A stretch of DNA of 63,633 bases, filler included, from Trichomonas gallinae (Eukaryota): assembly GCA_008369845.1 (NCBI GenBank). It is 8 parts of 8 records of this genome, joined end to end, with 100 filler letters (N's around TTAATTAATTAA, not from the genome) between each part and the next. Parts side by side here need not be neighbours in the genome. Positions count along the whole stretch, not along the records: positions 25,846 to 33,019 come from MRSU01000459.1; positions 33,120 to 42,329 come from MRSU01000461.1; positions 42,430 to 52,770 come from MRSU01000462.1; 5 more parts are not named here. One strand, given 5' to 3'. Positions 32,803 through 44,583 of the stretch are shown piece after piece (position 1 is the first letter of the stretch; the number at the start of each line of letters is the position of its first letter). The notes below the pieces were generated by a model. That model made no database searches, was not told the origin of the DNA, and saw nothing but the letters and a program-made list of their open reading frames with translations. Made by a program: the position numbers and the translations under genes.

Positions 32803-33301
32803 TTAAGGGTACAGACTAGACAATAGAAGATCCTCTCAACTTTATTTAAAGTCATTTTTGCATTATGAAACTCAGGCACCGAAAATAGTGCTTTTGCCGC
32901 CAATGTGACATGCTTACATATATCTTAACAATAAATAGCCAAATAACAAATATATAAGTTTGACAGGGAAAACTTAGCGATCACCAAAAAAAAAAAAAAA
33001 AAAAAAAAAAAAATTAGGANNNNNNNNNNNNNNNNNNNNNNNNNNNNNNNNNNNNNNNNNNNNTTAATTAATTAANNNNNNNNNNNNNNNNNNNNNNNNN
33101 NNNNNNNNNNNNNNNNNNNAACTCACTTTTTGAAGAGATCTAATGCACTAACAATATGCACCACTTTGTAGGTGGTGCTAGTATCATCTAAAAAATAATC
33201 CTCTCGCTTAATTTTTTAATTAATCGACACTAATACTCACTTTTGGATAGGTCATCCAAAAATAGACGATAGACCGCTATTTGGCCGGAGCGAACCCTTA
33301 A
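32803..33301. mobile_element. Possible TTAA-flanked DNA transposon termini (Kolobok-like) around a gap
   Basis: TTAA-GGGT at 32803-32810 and ACCC-TTAA at 33294-33301, with internal hairpins. No transposase is visible and the two ends lie on different contigs. Confidence 0.3.
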
Positions 33302-33637
33302 AAAATGTTAAAATTGAAATCAAATATCATTTATTACACGCATATCTGTTCTATGTGTGCAAAAATCTAGAAACTGTTTCCATTAAAGATCATGTTGAAC
33401 AAATGGGAGAAACTCATAGAAAGGATGCAAATGATTTTGACAACTCAAAATTGGTGATTAAGTGCAATTAGAAGATTTTTCACCTACCTGTAGATTAATA
33501 CTGTGTGTCCTTTATTAAGCTCAAAAATATATAAACTGAAACGCAAAAAACGATTTAAATGGAGAAATAGAATCGCGTTGAATAACCTTATTTGAGATTA
33601 AAAACGATAAGGAAAATTTGACAACTACCTTTAAAAA

Positions 33638-36070
33638 ATGTTTTCTTTTTTAATCTCTTTTGTTTTATGTAATCATTACGAAATTAATGGCACAACAGTT
33701 AAAATTTCTGGCAGTGATAATATAACACTCTCAGAAGTTCGTGAAAAGCTTTCGCAAATAAAATTCAATAAATTAGAGATAAGCGGAGATATACAAGAAA
33801 TAGGATCAAGCTGCTTCCAGAATAACGAAAACCTAGAAACTGTCATCATAACATCAAATTTAAAGAAAATCGATGATCGAGTATTTTCAAATTGCGCGAA
33901 ATTAGTCTCAATACAACTTTCTGATACAGTAGAACTCATAGATGACTATTGTTTTGATAGTTGCAGCTTCACATATCTAAGTTTACCAGCAAATTTGCAA
34001 ACAATTGGAAAATTCGCTTTTACAAATTGTTATTCATTGACATCAATCGAATTTAGAGGTGATTTATTCACATTTACCAGCGAATTGATTTACAAATGCA
34101 TAAATCTCAAAGAAATTTCATTTAAAAATGGAACAACAAAATATTTCGTTGATAACAATGTGCTTTATAGCTCTAACAAGGACACACTCATCATGTATCC
34201 GCCTGTTTTAGAAAAATTCCAAATAATCGAAAATATTCAAAATTTCGGTGAATATGCTTTAGCTTGCTCATCAATTTCTTCTATTGAAATACCAAGTAGT
34301 GTGAAATTCATTGATCATCATTGCTTCGCGAATTGCCAATCTTTACAAACAATTACACTTCCTGAATCAGTAACTGCAATTGGCACTGCTGTTTTCACGC
34401 GAACAAATCTCAAAAGCATTGTCATTAAATCTTCCATAAAAATTCTTGAAGCTTTCTCATTCATGGGAAATAAAAAAATAAATTCTGTTAAACTTCCGGA
34501 TTCGTTAACAACAATTGATCAGTTTGCGTTTCAAGGCTGTATTTCATTAACTCAAATCACTCTTCCAGCTTCATTAACAATTATTGGAAAAAATTCTTTC
34601 GCAGATTCAGGAATTAAGTCATTAACGGCAAATAGCAAGCTTATTTCAATAAAGAGTCAAGCATTTAAGTCATGCTCCAGCTTAGAAACAATTAATTTAA
34701 ATGAAAAAATTCAATCAATTGAAAATCAAGCATTTTTCGGCTGCACATCACTTAAAACTATCACACTCCCCTCATCACTAACTGTAATCGGTAATGAAAT
34801 CTTCAGAGAATGCTCAAATCTCAAAGAAGTCGACTTCAAAGCAAAATTAAGAATAATTCCAAATTTTGCGTTTTACAAGTGTGAAAATCTCAAAATAACA
34901 ATTATTCCATCGACAGTGACTAGAATACAGCCATCATCTTTCGCTTATTGCAATGCAATTGAAAAATTTGAATTTCCAGATTCATTAGAAACAATTGGAA
35001 GTTCATCATTTGTTTCTTGCGCAAATCTTCGTGAGGTAAAATTTCCGTCCAGAGCATTTACAATTGAATCTCAAGCATTTTCTTACTGCCCGAATCTCAA
35101 ACAAATAAATTTGCCCGAAAATGTAATCCTCGAAAACTCTGCTTTTTACTCGTCATCACTTACAGATATAACAATTCCAAGTGGTGTGTCTATTATTCCT
35201 GATGAGTGCTTCATGTTCTCAGATCTCAAAAAAGCTGTATTAGGAGAAAACGTTTTGGAAATACAAAGCAAAGCATTTCTCGGCTGCAAATATTTGGAAG
35301 AAGTAATTTTCAACAGTAAACTTGCAAACATACAACCTCTCTGCTTCAAGCACTGCATGAAACTGCAGGCAGCAGTGTTCACAGGCAGAATGAGCACAAT
35401 CGGCAGAGAAGCTTTCGCGCATACATCGATTGAGTCAATCAAGATAGTTGGCGCGCCATTAATCGGCACCGGATGCTTTTCGAACTGCTCATTTTTGAAG
35501 ATCGTTGACTTGGGGACAACAAGAATTCTTCCATATTCATGCTTCGAGAATTCATCGATCAACGAAATAGTTTTGCCTGAATCGTTAACAGAAGTGAGAG
35601 AAAACTGTTTCCAAGAGTGTTCTATTAGAAATTTGACGATTTTGGGTCAGACTCATTTCTTCAGAAATGTTTTCTTGAACTGCAGAGATATTAGTTATGT
35701 TTATTCAGCCAAATCAATGCAGATTTCGTCTGATGCATTTGGAGGGAACACGGCAATATCAAAGCTAGTCTACTGCGGAACCAATGATGTCAGCATCGAA
35801 ATCCCGAAGAACTTCATTTCGAAGGTCATCGTTTCTCGTTTGTATAAAGGCAAAACATTTGGCGGCATTTCTGTTTCAAAAGATGAAAACAACATATGCG
35901 GTGCTGCTCAAAGAAAAGAGATAAACATGCCACTTCTGATAACACTCTGCATCTGCGCAGCAACTCTCATTGTTTCAGTTGTCGCTATTGTCGTTTTCTG
36001 CTACTGGTCAAGACGAAGAGATAGATTCAGCAGAGAAAGACTCGGCGAAGTTTTGCTCAGCCAAATATAA
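33638..36070 (+). CDS. BspA-like leucine-rich-repeat (TpLRR/LRR_5) surface protein
   Basis: Many LxxIxLPxSLTxIGxxAFxxC repeats, hydrophobic N-terminus, C-terminal TM helix and a short tail ending GEVLLSQI. Confidence 0.95.
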   Translation: MFSFLISFVLCNHYEINGTTVKISGSDNITLSEVREKLSQIKFNKLEISGDIQEIGSSCFQNNENLETVIITSNLKKIDDRVFSNCAKLVSIQLSDTVELIDDYCFDSCSFTYLSLPANLQTIGKFAFTNCYSLTSIEFRGDLFTFTSELIYKCINLKEISFKNGTTKYFVDNNVLYSSNKDTLIMYPPVLEKFQIIENIQNFGEYALACSSISSIEIPSSVKFIDHHCFANCQSLQTITLPESVTAIGTAVFTRTNLKSIVIKSSIKILEAFSFMGNKKINSVKLPDSLTTIDQFAFQGCISLTQITLPASLTIIGKNSFADSGIKSLTANSKLISIKSQAFKSCSSLETINLNEKIQSIENQAFFGCTSLKTITLPSSLTVIGNEIFRECSNLKEVDFKAKLRIIPNFAFYKCENLKITIIPSTVTRIQPSSFAYCNAIEKFEFPDSLETIGSSSFVSCANLREVKFPSRAFTIESQAFSYCPNLKQINLPENVILENSAFYSSSLTDITIPSGVSIIPDECFMFSDLKKAVLGENVLEIQSKAFLGCKYLEEVIFNSKLANIQPLCFKHCMKLQAAVFTGRMSTIGREAFAHTSIESIKIVGAPLIGTGCFSNCSFLKIVDLGTTRILPYSCFENSSINEIVLPESLTEVRENCFQECSIRNLTILGQTHFFRNVFLNCRDISYVYSAKSMQISSDAFGGNTAISKLVYCGTNDVSIEIPKNFISKVIVSRLYKGKTFGGISVSKDENNICGAAQRKEINMPLLITLCICAATLIVSVVAIVVFCYWSRRRDRFSRERLGEVLLSQI

Positions 36071-36907
36071 TCTCTTTATTTATTATTCTTTGTATGTTAA
36101 TAAAATGTTATAATTCTTTTTCAACAATGAAGTTTGTCTTTTTTTCTAACAAATAATTATATTTAAATGAATGAAAAAACGAGGAATAAAAATATAATTT
36201 TATGTTCTGCAATTGATGATTAAACCTGTGGCTTATTTTTTTAGTTGTGAATGAAAAGCTATTTGAATTAAACTATTTCATTATGGATACTTATAAAAAG
36301 AATTGTGCTGACACCTGGTTTTCCTAAATTACGGCAATAGATATTGTAGGGCCATAGGAGTCACATTTTAGAAGATCTCAAAATGTTATAAGAGATTCAT
36401 TTTAATCTCGAATATTCTACAAGAAAATCGAACATTAACTTGGTGAATTTTTGACAAATTAATGATTCTTTACATTGTATATTGAGATTTTGCCGTGTAA
36501 ACTAATTATAAACTTTAGAAAAAAAAAAAAAAAAAATGGAGATGAAATAGTAAATCTGAAGCAAATATGAATCTGAATATAAAATAGAACAAACAAAAGT
36601 TCGAAATTGAATGGTTACAACTTTCAATATATTTGAATGATGCTGATTTAATCAATTTGATATGTATAAAAATAATTCTCAATTTTTCAAAAATTTTTCA
36701 CAAATAATTCCATACATTGTATGCAGCAATTATGTATTTGACAGCTTCTCAATTTTTGCAATTCAAAAAAATGGAAATTCAATTCACTCATTGAATTATT
36801 TTACATTATTTTATTCAACTCCATAATTTTAAAATACACACATTATGCAGATGAAATTAATTCGAAGTAAAGATTTTGTGAAGTTTACACAAACAAAATC
36901 ATAAACA

Positions 36908-37870
36908 ATGGAATCCACTTCTTTCGAAAACTTAAACAAAGAAGCTTTCGATTCACTGCAGTTGCATGGCTACTTGATAAAGGAGTCCATTGGTAAGGGT
37001 GGTTTTGGTTCAGTGTTTCGTGTTCTTCACCAAAATCGTGGTCAAGTATATGTATGCAAAGTTTTGAGCCAATTCATATCATTTTCAAATGAAATCCAAA
37101 CATTGGTGATGCTAGACCATCCAAATGTAATCAAGTTGTACGAACAATTTGTTGAAAACGGTAAATTTTATTTGATATTAGAAGATTGTTCGCAAGGTGA
37201 CATCGCATCATATCTAAAAACGCATCATTGCACTCAAGAAGAAATAGTCAACTTCTGTTATCAAACAATTACAGCTCTTGAATATCTTCACACCCATGGT
37301 ATCTGTCACCGCGACATAAAACCATCAAATATACTGATAGATAAGAATGGGCAGCTGAAGCTTGCTGATTTTGGACTATCAGACAACTGCTATGGCTACT
37401 CAAAGTCATATTCTGGAACAAAATTTTACATGGCTCCTGAAATATTCGATAAAAGGCCATACAACCCATTCAAGGCAGATGTGTGGTCACTTGGGATTAC
37501 TATTTATTACATGATATTCCAAAAATTGCCGTTTGATAATTCAATGGAATGGGTGAAGTTCAAACAATTTGGTCTGATGGATACCCCGCTTCCTGACATA
37601 ATTTGCGAAAGTTTAAACCGTACACTAAGAATGTGCATGAATCCAAACCCGCATAATCGTGCGACTATTTCTGAAGTACGTGAAGTTATTCTTAAATGCC
37701 CATTACTTAACCAAAGTAAGATAACTTCATCACGATCTTTATTGATAAACACGAGAATCAAACAGGTTGTTCATATTATGAATCCAAAGTCTCAGCTGCT
37801 TGCTAATATTAATGCATCTAAGCTTAAGTTCAAGAACAACACCCTTACACATCTTCATTTCCGAAATTGA
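36908..37870 (+). CDS. Ser/Thr protein kinase (CAMK-like)
   Basis: IGKGGFGSV, YVCK, HRDIKPSN, DFG, GTKFYMAPE, DVWSLG. Confidence 0.95.
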   Translation: MESTSFENLNKEAFDSLQLHGYLIKESIGKGGFGSVFRVLHQNRGQVYVCKVLSQFISFSNEIQTLVMLDHPNVIKLYEQFVENGKFYLILEDCSQGDIASYLKTHHCTQEEIVNFCYQTITALEYLHTHGICHRDIKPSNILIDKNGQLKLADFGLSDNCYGYSKSYSGTKFYMAPEIFDKRPYNPFKADVWSLGITIYYMIFQKLPFDNSMEWVKFKQFGLMDTPLPDIICESLNRTLRMCMNPNPHNRATISEVREVILKCPLLNQSKITSSRSLLINTRIKQVVHIMNPKSQLLANINASKLKFKNNTLTHLHFRN

Positions 37871-38697
37871 AGAAAAATATTTATTTATATTTGTAATATA
37901 TTACGTGACTTTATGTCAAATACTAAAATTGTTTGTAAATTTTCGTCTCAACATTGAAAAGTTCAATGTTTACATATATGAAAAATTATTGTTTACATCA
38001 TATTTGGTATATGAACAAAGCTTAGTAAAGTCGCTGCTTTTTTATCAGAGAATATAACTAAGGCGATGATATCCAATTTCTGAGAAAGGTGCTGACTCTC
38101 AAAATCTGACATTAATGAGAATGTTTATGAAGATGAGGTCGTTCAAACTCTATGAATCTCTAATAACTTCGAGATTTTCTCATATGTAACTCTTATTGCT
38201 CATATGTATCAATAGCCTTAATTGTGAAGGATTCCGCTGGGAAGACAAGGTATCCGAACCTTTTAACCTAGTAGGTAAACATAATAATATACTAGACATT
38301 CTAGAATGAATGAAACTAAATCAAAGGTCCGGACACATAAAATCTGACATTTGTCAAAAATTCCCAGGTGACTCTTATAGCCCTACTATATCTATAGCCT
38401 TTATTTGGAAGAATTCTGTTGGGAAAATAATGTGTCCGCACTTTTATTAAATCAATGAGTTCATTGTCTAATTTCAGAATTTGTCTTAATGAAAACTGAA
38501 TTTTTGAGTTTGGAACGTTCTGTTTGCATTATAAATGTGTATACATGTATGAGAAAGCCATGGTTCCTTCCAAAGACTTTGGCGGCAAATGTGAACTGAT
38601 TTCCCGGCAATTTGTTGTAAACATCTCAAAAAATTGCAAAATGCGGCAAAGATTTTGCGGGGTAAAAAAATGGCCATTTTTTAACAGAAAATAGAGG

Positions 38698-39096
38698 ATG
38701 TACGACGCTGATGATGACTTCACATTCGACTTCGATGTCATATCATCGCCAATAGCCAATCCAACAGTAGATTACGGCTCAAATCCTTTGGAATTCAATT
38801 CAAATCCATACTATGATGAACAGATGACTACAGCTGCTCAGTTATCGTTCGATATTCCAGACTTTTGGGCTGAGAAGAAGCCTGTAGAACCAATAACAAG
38901 GTCGAAAACTTCACCAGAATTCTTAAAAACAAACTTCGAAGCAAAACCAAGTACGCATATAATACAAACTAAGACTCAACAAAAGAAACCTATTGTGTTT
39001 CAACCATTTTCATCTTTCGAAGCAATTGAATTAACTGTTCAAGCTTTGAAGGATCATATCCACCAGTCAAGCAAATCAACTCTTCTCATCTGGTGA
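38698..39096 (+). CDS. Hypothetical protein (132 aa, acidic N-terminus)
   Basis: ATG-started ORF with coding-like composition between AT-rich flanks. Confidence 0.6.
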   Translation: MYDADDDFTFDFDVISSPIANPTVDYGSNPLEFNSNPYYDEQMTTAAQLSFDIPDFWAEKKPVEPITRSKTSPEFLKTNFEAKPSTHIIQTKTQQKKPIVFQPFSSFEAIELTVQALKDHIHQSSKSTLLIW

Positions 39097-39293
39097 GTTA
39101 CTGGCTTTACATGTGATTTTACGAATATATTAGTTGTAAGTTATATTATTTGGAAATAAAATCGTCCATCAATTCGATGGATCTTTCCATATTATTTCTA
39201 AGCATATTTACAATTTATTCTATAATAGAAATTATATAATATGATTTAATTTAATAAAAAATAAATCGCATAGAATATCAAATTTAAAGGATG

Positions 39294-39953
39294 TTAAATA
39301 AGGATCATAACTAACACTATAAATATTGAGCTTGTGGTTTGATACTTTTCCATCTTGCATGTAATTGCATATTTCAGAGAAGGAAAATTATTCATTGCAT
39401 GTATATTAGGTAGTCTAACCCATAAATCAACTACATGGGCTGTCAGAAAACATGTAGGGCCAGCAAAAGAGTCAGGATCCGGCCATGGTCTTCTTGCGCC
39501 AATTTCATAATGTGTATATCTATTTGCATTTCCATCAATGATAGTGACATCGTTTACAGATAAAAGAAGACCATCAAGAGGACAAATATTGTAAGATGAA
39601 AGTTTGCAAGATTTCAAATATGAAAGATCTATGTGAAAATCACTAACAGTGGTTGAGTATAGTGGATGTGAGCTCTGATTGAAGACAAAGTAATCATCTG
39701 GAAGATCAATTGGATAATGAATTATAAAATTAAATAGTCCATTGATATAAAAGTGTTTATTAATGCATCCAATCGAACTGAACATGTCTGTGCTGTTGAA
39801 AAACTTAACCTGTTGAAAAGCTGTGGTTCTGTTTGAATCAAAATAAGTTCTATTTCGTGAATCATGATGGAAAATTCTTACCCAGTTGAATCCTTCGAAC
39901 CTCGCTAATTTGTAGCCATTGAAGTCGACATAATCAGAAAGATTGATTTTGTT
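39294..39953 (-). pseudogene. Membrane-anchored hypothetical protein lacking its start codon
   Basis: Frame is open for 56 codons upstream of Met 39785 (NLSDYVDFNGYKLARFEGFNWVRIFHHDS...) up to TAA at 39954-39956, with no ATG. Hydrophobic C-terminus. Confidence 0.5.
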
Positions 39954-40365
39954 TTAAATTCTGTCACTTTTTTGGCATCAAAACTTAGACAATTTGTCTG
40001 CTCCACTACCACTCATTATATTTTTGAATCCATTTCATCAATATAGTCCTCAATTTCCATAATACCAAATGCTGCATTAGGGTTGTGCGAATTCTCACTT
40101 TTTAGCAGCGAACGAAATGCGCATTTTTATTCAGCGCGCGAAAAGCGATGCGGAATCCCCTTAATATATCTGTAATACCCTGCAAATATAGGGCAACTCC
40201 TTTTAATTTGTAAAATTCTTACATCCATGAAACAACTTTTATTTAATTTTTACAAATATTTGTGACACTTTTTGCGGTTTCAATCAATTTTGAATTGCTT
40301 TGAAAAATGTCGGGTATTTCAAAATGAATTGTAATTTTTGCTAAGATTTTTAATTGTTAATAAAG

Positions 40366-40950
40366 ATGGGATCAATACTATCACTATCTGCTATAGAGGA
40401 TAAAGGATATGAGAAACTACAAAACGTATTCTCACCACCCATTGAATACAGGCTTTATACCAACGAGGTTATTCCAATACATGACTTTTTTGCTTAACAA
40501 CTTGGAATCAAAAGCGAAGAACTTAAACGGATGATTAATACAACAGACCGTGATAGTGATGGTGATGAAGATGTGGATTAGCAAATCATGTATGATTTTG
40601 AAGCTAAAGATGCTATTATGATCATTGATACTAAATTTTTCGCGAAAAATTCTCAACAAGAGATAATTCGACTTCGAATCATCCAACCATCCGAGATTTC
40701 AGATCGTATCGAAAGGCACTTCAAGCGAAAGCTGAGCTTTGAAAAGGAAGTTGAGTTGAAAGCGTGGCACAATGCTGCAATAATTCTCCCAGATGTGAAA
40801 CGGGAAGGCACTTTTGGTGATAACTATTATAAAGTCACAAAGGACGTTCCATCAAAATTTTGTGGTGGAATCAAAGAAGTTTCATTTTATAAAGATGAGA
40901 CTTTCAATCAACCCATTTCGAGGAAGAAGGCCAATTGGTGGTATTTATGA
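40366..40950 (+). pseudogene. Gene with two in-frame stops; N-terminal MGSILS myristoylation-like motif
   Basis: ATG 40366 is in frame with ORF 40588-40950. It is interrupted by TAA at 40495-40497 and TAG at 40579-40581, with no frameshift. Confidence 0.65.
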
Positions 40951-41002
40951 GTATTTCAAATAAATAATAAACTTTTTCTTTATAAAATAAATGAAACAGA
41001 AA

Positions 41003-41944
41003 TCACATATGAGCAAGCATATCGTTCACACTTGAAAAATGCTGAGATGATCCTTGCTTGACTGTTTGTGGTTCAGTTGGCATTTCGAATTCGACTTCTA
41101 CGCCAAGATGCAGAGCAATGAATTCAGTTGCGTTCAATATTATATCAACTGGTCTATCTGTATTATGCCCTCCTTCAACAATCCTGAGAATCTTCTGATC
41201 TGATTTACATAAAGAATGAAGTAATTGTGAGTTCATCGGATTAATGAAATCATCACTTCTTCCATGTATAAAATATGCAGGGCAAGTGACTTCTTTCACA
41301 GCGCTGAGAATATCAAGAGAATTAATATCAAAATGTGTCTGTATCAAGATTTGCTGTCTGATTGATGGCATCATGGTATTAAATAGAGGTTCTGGTATAT
41401 ACTTGCTTTTCGAAACCGTTCTACATATATCAGTTAATGATGAAAATGCAGAATCAGCAACAAAAGCTTCGGCATTTTTGAATCTTGATGCGTATAATAT
41501 GGCTGTTACGGCCCCCATAGAACGTCCCCATATTGCGAACTTCTTAATCTCGAATATTTCACATACTTGATCGATCAAAGTTTTTGTATCTTGAACTTCA
41601 AAGTGTCCAAGTGTAACGTAATCGCCTTCACTCTCTCCACAGCCAACGAAATCGAAACAGCAGACGTGAATTCCAAGAGGCACGAAATATGACACAGCGA
41701 ATCTTCCTTCAAGTTGGTTTGATGCGTTTCCATGTAAATAGAATAGACACGATGCGGGTTTATGAGGATCTGGAGCTTGGTACATTGAAGCGTACATGTG
41801 AAAGCCACGTTTTGTTTCAACTGCAAAATTGATTCTTAAAACCTTTCCAAAGCCAGGCACTTCAACCTGTTGCGGCAGTGCTGACAATGAATATTTTTGC
41901 CTTGGAGGCCTAATAATCGCTTTGACTCCTTGTGATGTCAGCAT
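41003..41944 (-). CDS. Alpha/beta-fold serine hydrolase (S9/S33-like)
   Basis: YLHGNAS, FDFVGCGESEG, nucleophile WGRSMG, IHGRSDDFI, GGHN. First ATG at 41944. Confidence 0.92.
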   Translation of the reverse strand: MLTSQGVKAIIRPPRQKYSLSALPQQVEVPGFGKVLRINFAVETKRGFHMYASMYQAPDPHKPASCLFYLHGNASNQLEGRFAVSYFVPLGIHVCCFDFVGCGESEGDYVTLGHFEVQDTKTLIDQVCEIFEIKKFAIWGRSMGAVTAILYASRFKNAEAFVADSAFSSLTDICRTVSKSKYIPEPLFNTMMPSIRQQILIQTHFDINSLDILSAVKEVTCPAYFIHGRSDDFINPMNSQLLHSLCKSDQKILRIVEGGHNTDRPVDIILNATEFIALHLGVEVEFEMPTEPQTVKQGSSQHFSSVNDMLAHM

Positions 41945-42256
41945 CCAAGGATTAAGTAAAGATTTTGCTCTTTGGCATGTAAAGTTAAAATTTTGTCGTG
42001 TAAACAATCAAATTTGATTTGATTTTAAAATCTCAAAACATTATATTGAGTTGAAGAAAATGGTCGATTAAGAAAAATAAAATCTTACTCTGTTCTTCCC
42101 TCAAGAATCTTGAGAAATTTATGAATTTTGTCTCTATTTTTCCAATTTGATAATAAAAATATCAATGTTTTGGAAAAATTCTAATCAGCATAATCGGGGA
42201 CACCTATAATGTGCTATTAACTAAATATAAATCAATTTTATAAAAAAGGAAAAGTT

Positions 42257-42328
42257 TTCCGATACGGGGAGTCGAACCCCGATCCTGTGGATGAAAACCA
42301 CATATCCTAACCGCTGAACGATATCGGA
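42257..42328 (-). tRNA. tRNA-Glu(TTC)
   Basis: Complete cloverleaf TCCGATA...TGTGG-TTTTCAT-CCACA...GGGGTTCGACTCCCC...TATCGGA-A, followed by T4 and T6 runs. Confidence 0.96.
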
Positions 42329-42429
42329 CNNNNNNNNNNNNNNNNNNNNNNNNNNNNNNNNNNNNNNNNNNNNTTAATTAATTAANNNNNNNNNNNNNNN
42401 NNNNNNNNNNNNNNNNNNNNNNNNNNNNN

Positions 42430-42502
42430 TCTGGGGTTCGAACCCAGGCCCTCGCGGACCAGTGCCTTAAACTGGCGCCTTAGACCACTCGGCCAAATGA
42501 CC
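42430..42502 (-). tRNA. tRNA-Leu(AAG), second copy, 3' end cut by the gap
   Basis: Identical to 25846-25916 over the shared length; flanking sequence differs. Confidence 0.95.
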
Positions 42503-42735
42503 TTTACATCAATTTAATGACAACTAATTATAAGCTTAGTAAAAATCAATTTTTGTAAAGCTGGTAATCAAATCTACAACTTCTACAGCGCAAATAACAT
42601 TCGAAATGATTTGATGTTAGTATATAGACTAAATATGAGAATACATCAAAGAGAATCTTTCATTATGTTCTAATTCTTATATTATGATTAATCTAAATTT
42701 TTGTCAAATTCGTCAGAACCTTATAAACGTGACAA

Positions 42736-43923
42736 ATGCTGAAGGGAATAGTTATTACAGAGGAAACCGGTGATATTCTTGTTGAGAGATACTTCAACAA
42801 AGAGGTATCCAGACAAGATGTGGAATATGTCTGTAAAATAATTCGGACGCAACGCAGGCTTCCTCCTATGATTTCTCAATTCGGAACTGTTTATCTTTCA
42901 CATTTTTACAAGAAAATGTACTTCATCGCTATAACAATGCCAGAGACATCTACTGTTACAGCAGCTTCCATTCTACTCGAATTTGAAAGAATGCTCGAAA
43001 GATCTTTAAAGAACGAACTCTCTGTTGATACGATGAAAGTTGATTATTCTGTTGCATATATACTCATGGACCAGTTTTTGGACGAAGGTTATCCTTTCAT
43101 CGACGAATTCAATTTGATTTGCACTTCATTTAACGATACAACTAAAGATACAATCGGTTATGATGTACATTCACCATGGAGGACTCCATCTCCACTAAAA
43201 GTTTCGCAATACATCGAAATAAATGTTGAAGAAGAAATTCATTCAAGGATAAACTCAGAGGGAAAGTCAGAATATTTATTCGTTGCTGGAAATGTCAACA
43301 TGTTTTCAAGATTAACAGACCCTCCAAATATAAATTTATCTTATTCTCTTCCATCAAAACTCGAAAACTTTTCTTTCCATCGCTGCGTTGATCCTTGCTT
43401 ACATCTATCGAGGAAAATGCAATTTATACCACCAGATGGCCAATTTACATTGATGTCTTATACATGCAAAACAAATTTCGTTAATTTACCGATTTTCTTG
43501 ATACCAAAGTTCACATATTCTAATGTAAGTGTGATATTTGATATTACGCTACGAATTGGACAAGAATATGAAAATAAAATCAGAAGTATTCAGATTTACT
43601 TCACTCTTCCTCATGGATATCATTCTCCATCATGTGCAACAGGCTCTGGATCAGCTAATTACCTCCAAAATAAGAATCAGGTTGTTTGGCTCGTTGATCC
43701 AACTAATGATAAAGAACTATTAACAATGAGCGGAAGCTGTTCTATTGACAAAGGAATTAACAAGAATTCTTTTGAGATACCTATATTTGTTAACTTCAAA
43801 CTTGAAGAACACACTGTTTCCGGTTTTGAAATTGAAGCTATAGAACCAATCAATGGAAACAAGTGTACAAAGGTTATTAAATACCAGACAAAGGCTGGAA
43901 AATATATTTTTGACAGCCAATAA
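42736..43923 (+). CDS. Adaptor complex medium (mu) subunit, most like AP-3 mu
   Basis: N-terminal longin-like region and mu homology domain motifs SPWR, FHRCVD, FIPPDGQFTLMSY, KYQTKAGKY. Confidence 0.88.
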   Translation: MLKGIVITEETGDILVERYFNKEVSRQDVEYVCKIIRTQRRLPPMISQFGTVYLSHFYKKMYFIAITMPETSTVTAASILLEFERMLERSLKNELSVDTMKVDYSVAYILMDQFLDEGYPFIDEFNLICTSFNDTTKDTIGYDVHSPWRTPSPLKVSQYIEINVEEEIHSRINSEGKSEYLFVAGNVNMFSRLTDPPNINLSYSLPSKLENFSFHRCVDPCLHLSRKMQFIPPDGQFTLMSYTCKTNFVNLPIFLIPKFTYSNVSVIFDITLRIGQEYENKIRSIQIYFTLPHGYHSPSCATGSGSANYLQNKNQVVWLVDPTNDKELLTMSGSCSIDKGINKNSFEIPIFVNFKLEEHTVSGFEIEAIEPINGNKCTKVIKYQTKAGKYIFDSQ

Positions 43924-44264
43924 TTTTATAATTTGTTATTTTTATAAATAAATTGTATTAAATTCATCTAATCATTAAATATCAACATTCTTTACAATCA
44001 TAGGTTATATAAAGCGCTACACAACGTGGTATTTCGCCTATATACTATGCTGGCTTCGATTCTATTAAAATTTTACACGTCAAAAAATTATTATACACAA
44101 CACAAATAGAGTTTACGTGTCATCAATTTGCACGATTTCTTTCTTTTTTTTTTGTAAATGATCATGAAGTTATAACAGTTTCACAAATTTCATGGAAATG
44201 AAAAGAGTTGAAGCAATTCATGAGAGTTGTTTGTAGCCGACTTTTAGGAATCAATAATCATGTA

Positions 44265-44545
44265 TCATTCAAAATTATTCGACTTCACATTCAATTTTAT
44301 TCGAATCTCCATTCAATATCATTCGTTATTCACTCAATTTCCATTCGATGTTTGGTTCAATTCCTTTCGTTTTCCATTCAATTTCATTCGAAACTTTTTT
44401 CAATTCTGTTCGAAATTACATTCAATAATATTCGATTCCTGGCTCAACTTCATTCGAATTTAATTCAATTTTATTCGAACATTCGCTCAATATGATTCGC
44501 ATTTCATTAAAATTCATTCGGATTTTTATTCATTTTCGATCGAAT
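44265..44545. repeat. Degenerate tandem repeat, unit approximately TTCAATTTCATTCGAA
   Basis: Near-copies at about 44291, 44377, 44400, 44443 and 44464 inside an ATTC/TTCG-rich tract. Confidence 0.7.
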
Positions 44546-44583
44546 CAAGTCTCAGTAAACATCATGATGTGTTTCAAGAATTA

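Noticed and set aside
40468..40515. Possible intron removing the TAA in the 40366 gene (GCTTAACAAC resembles a branch site)
   Set aside because: No AG acceptor at the required spacing and no GTA donor at a matching distance; the second stop would remain.
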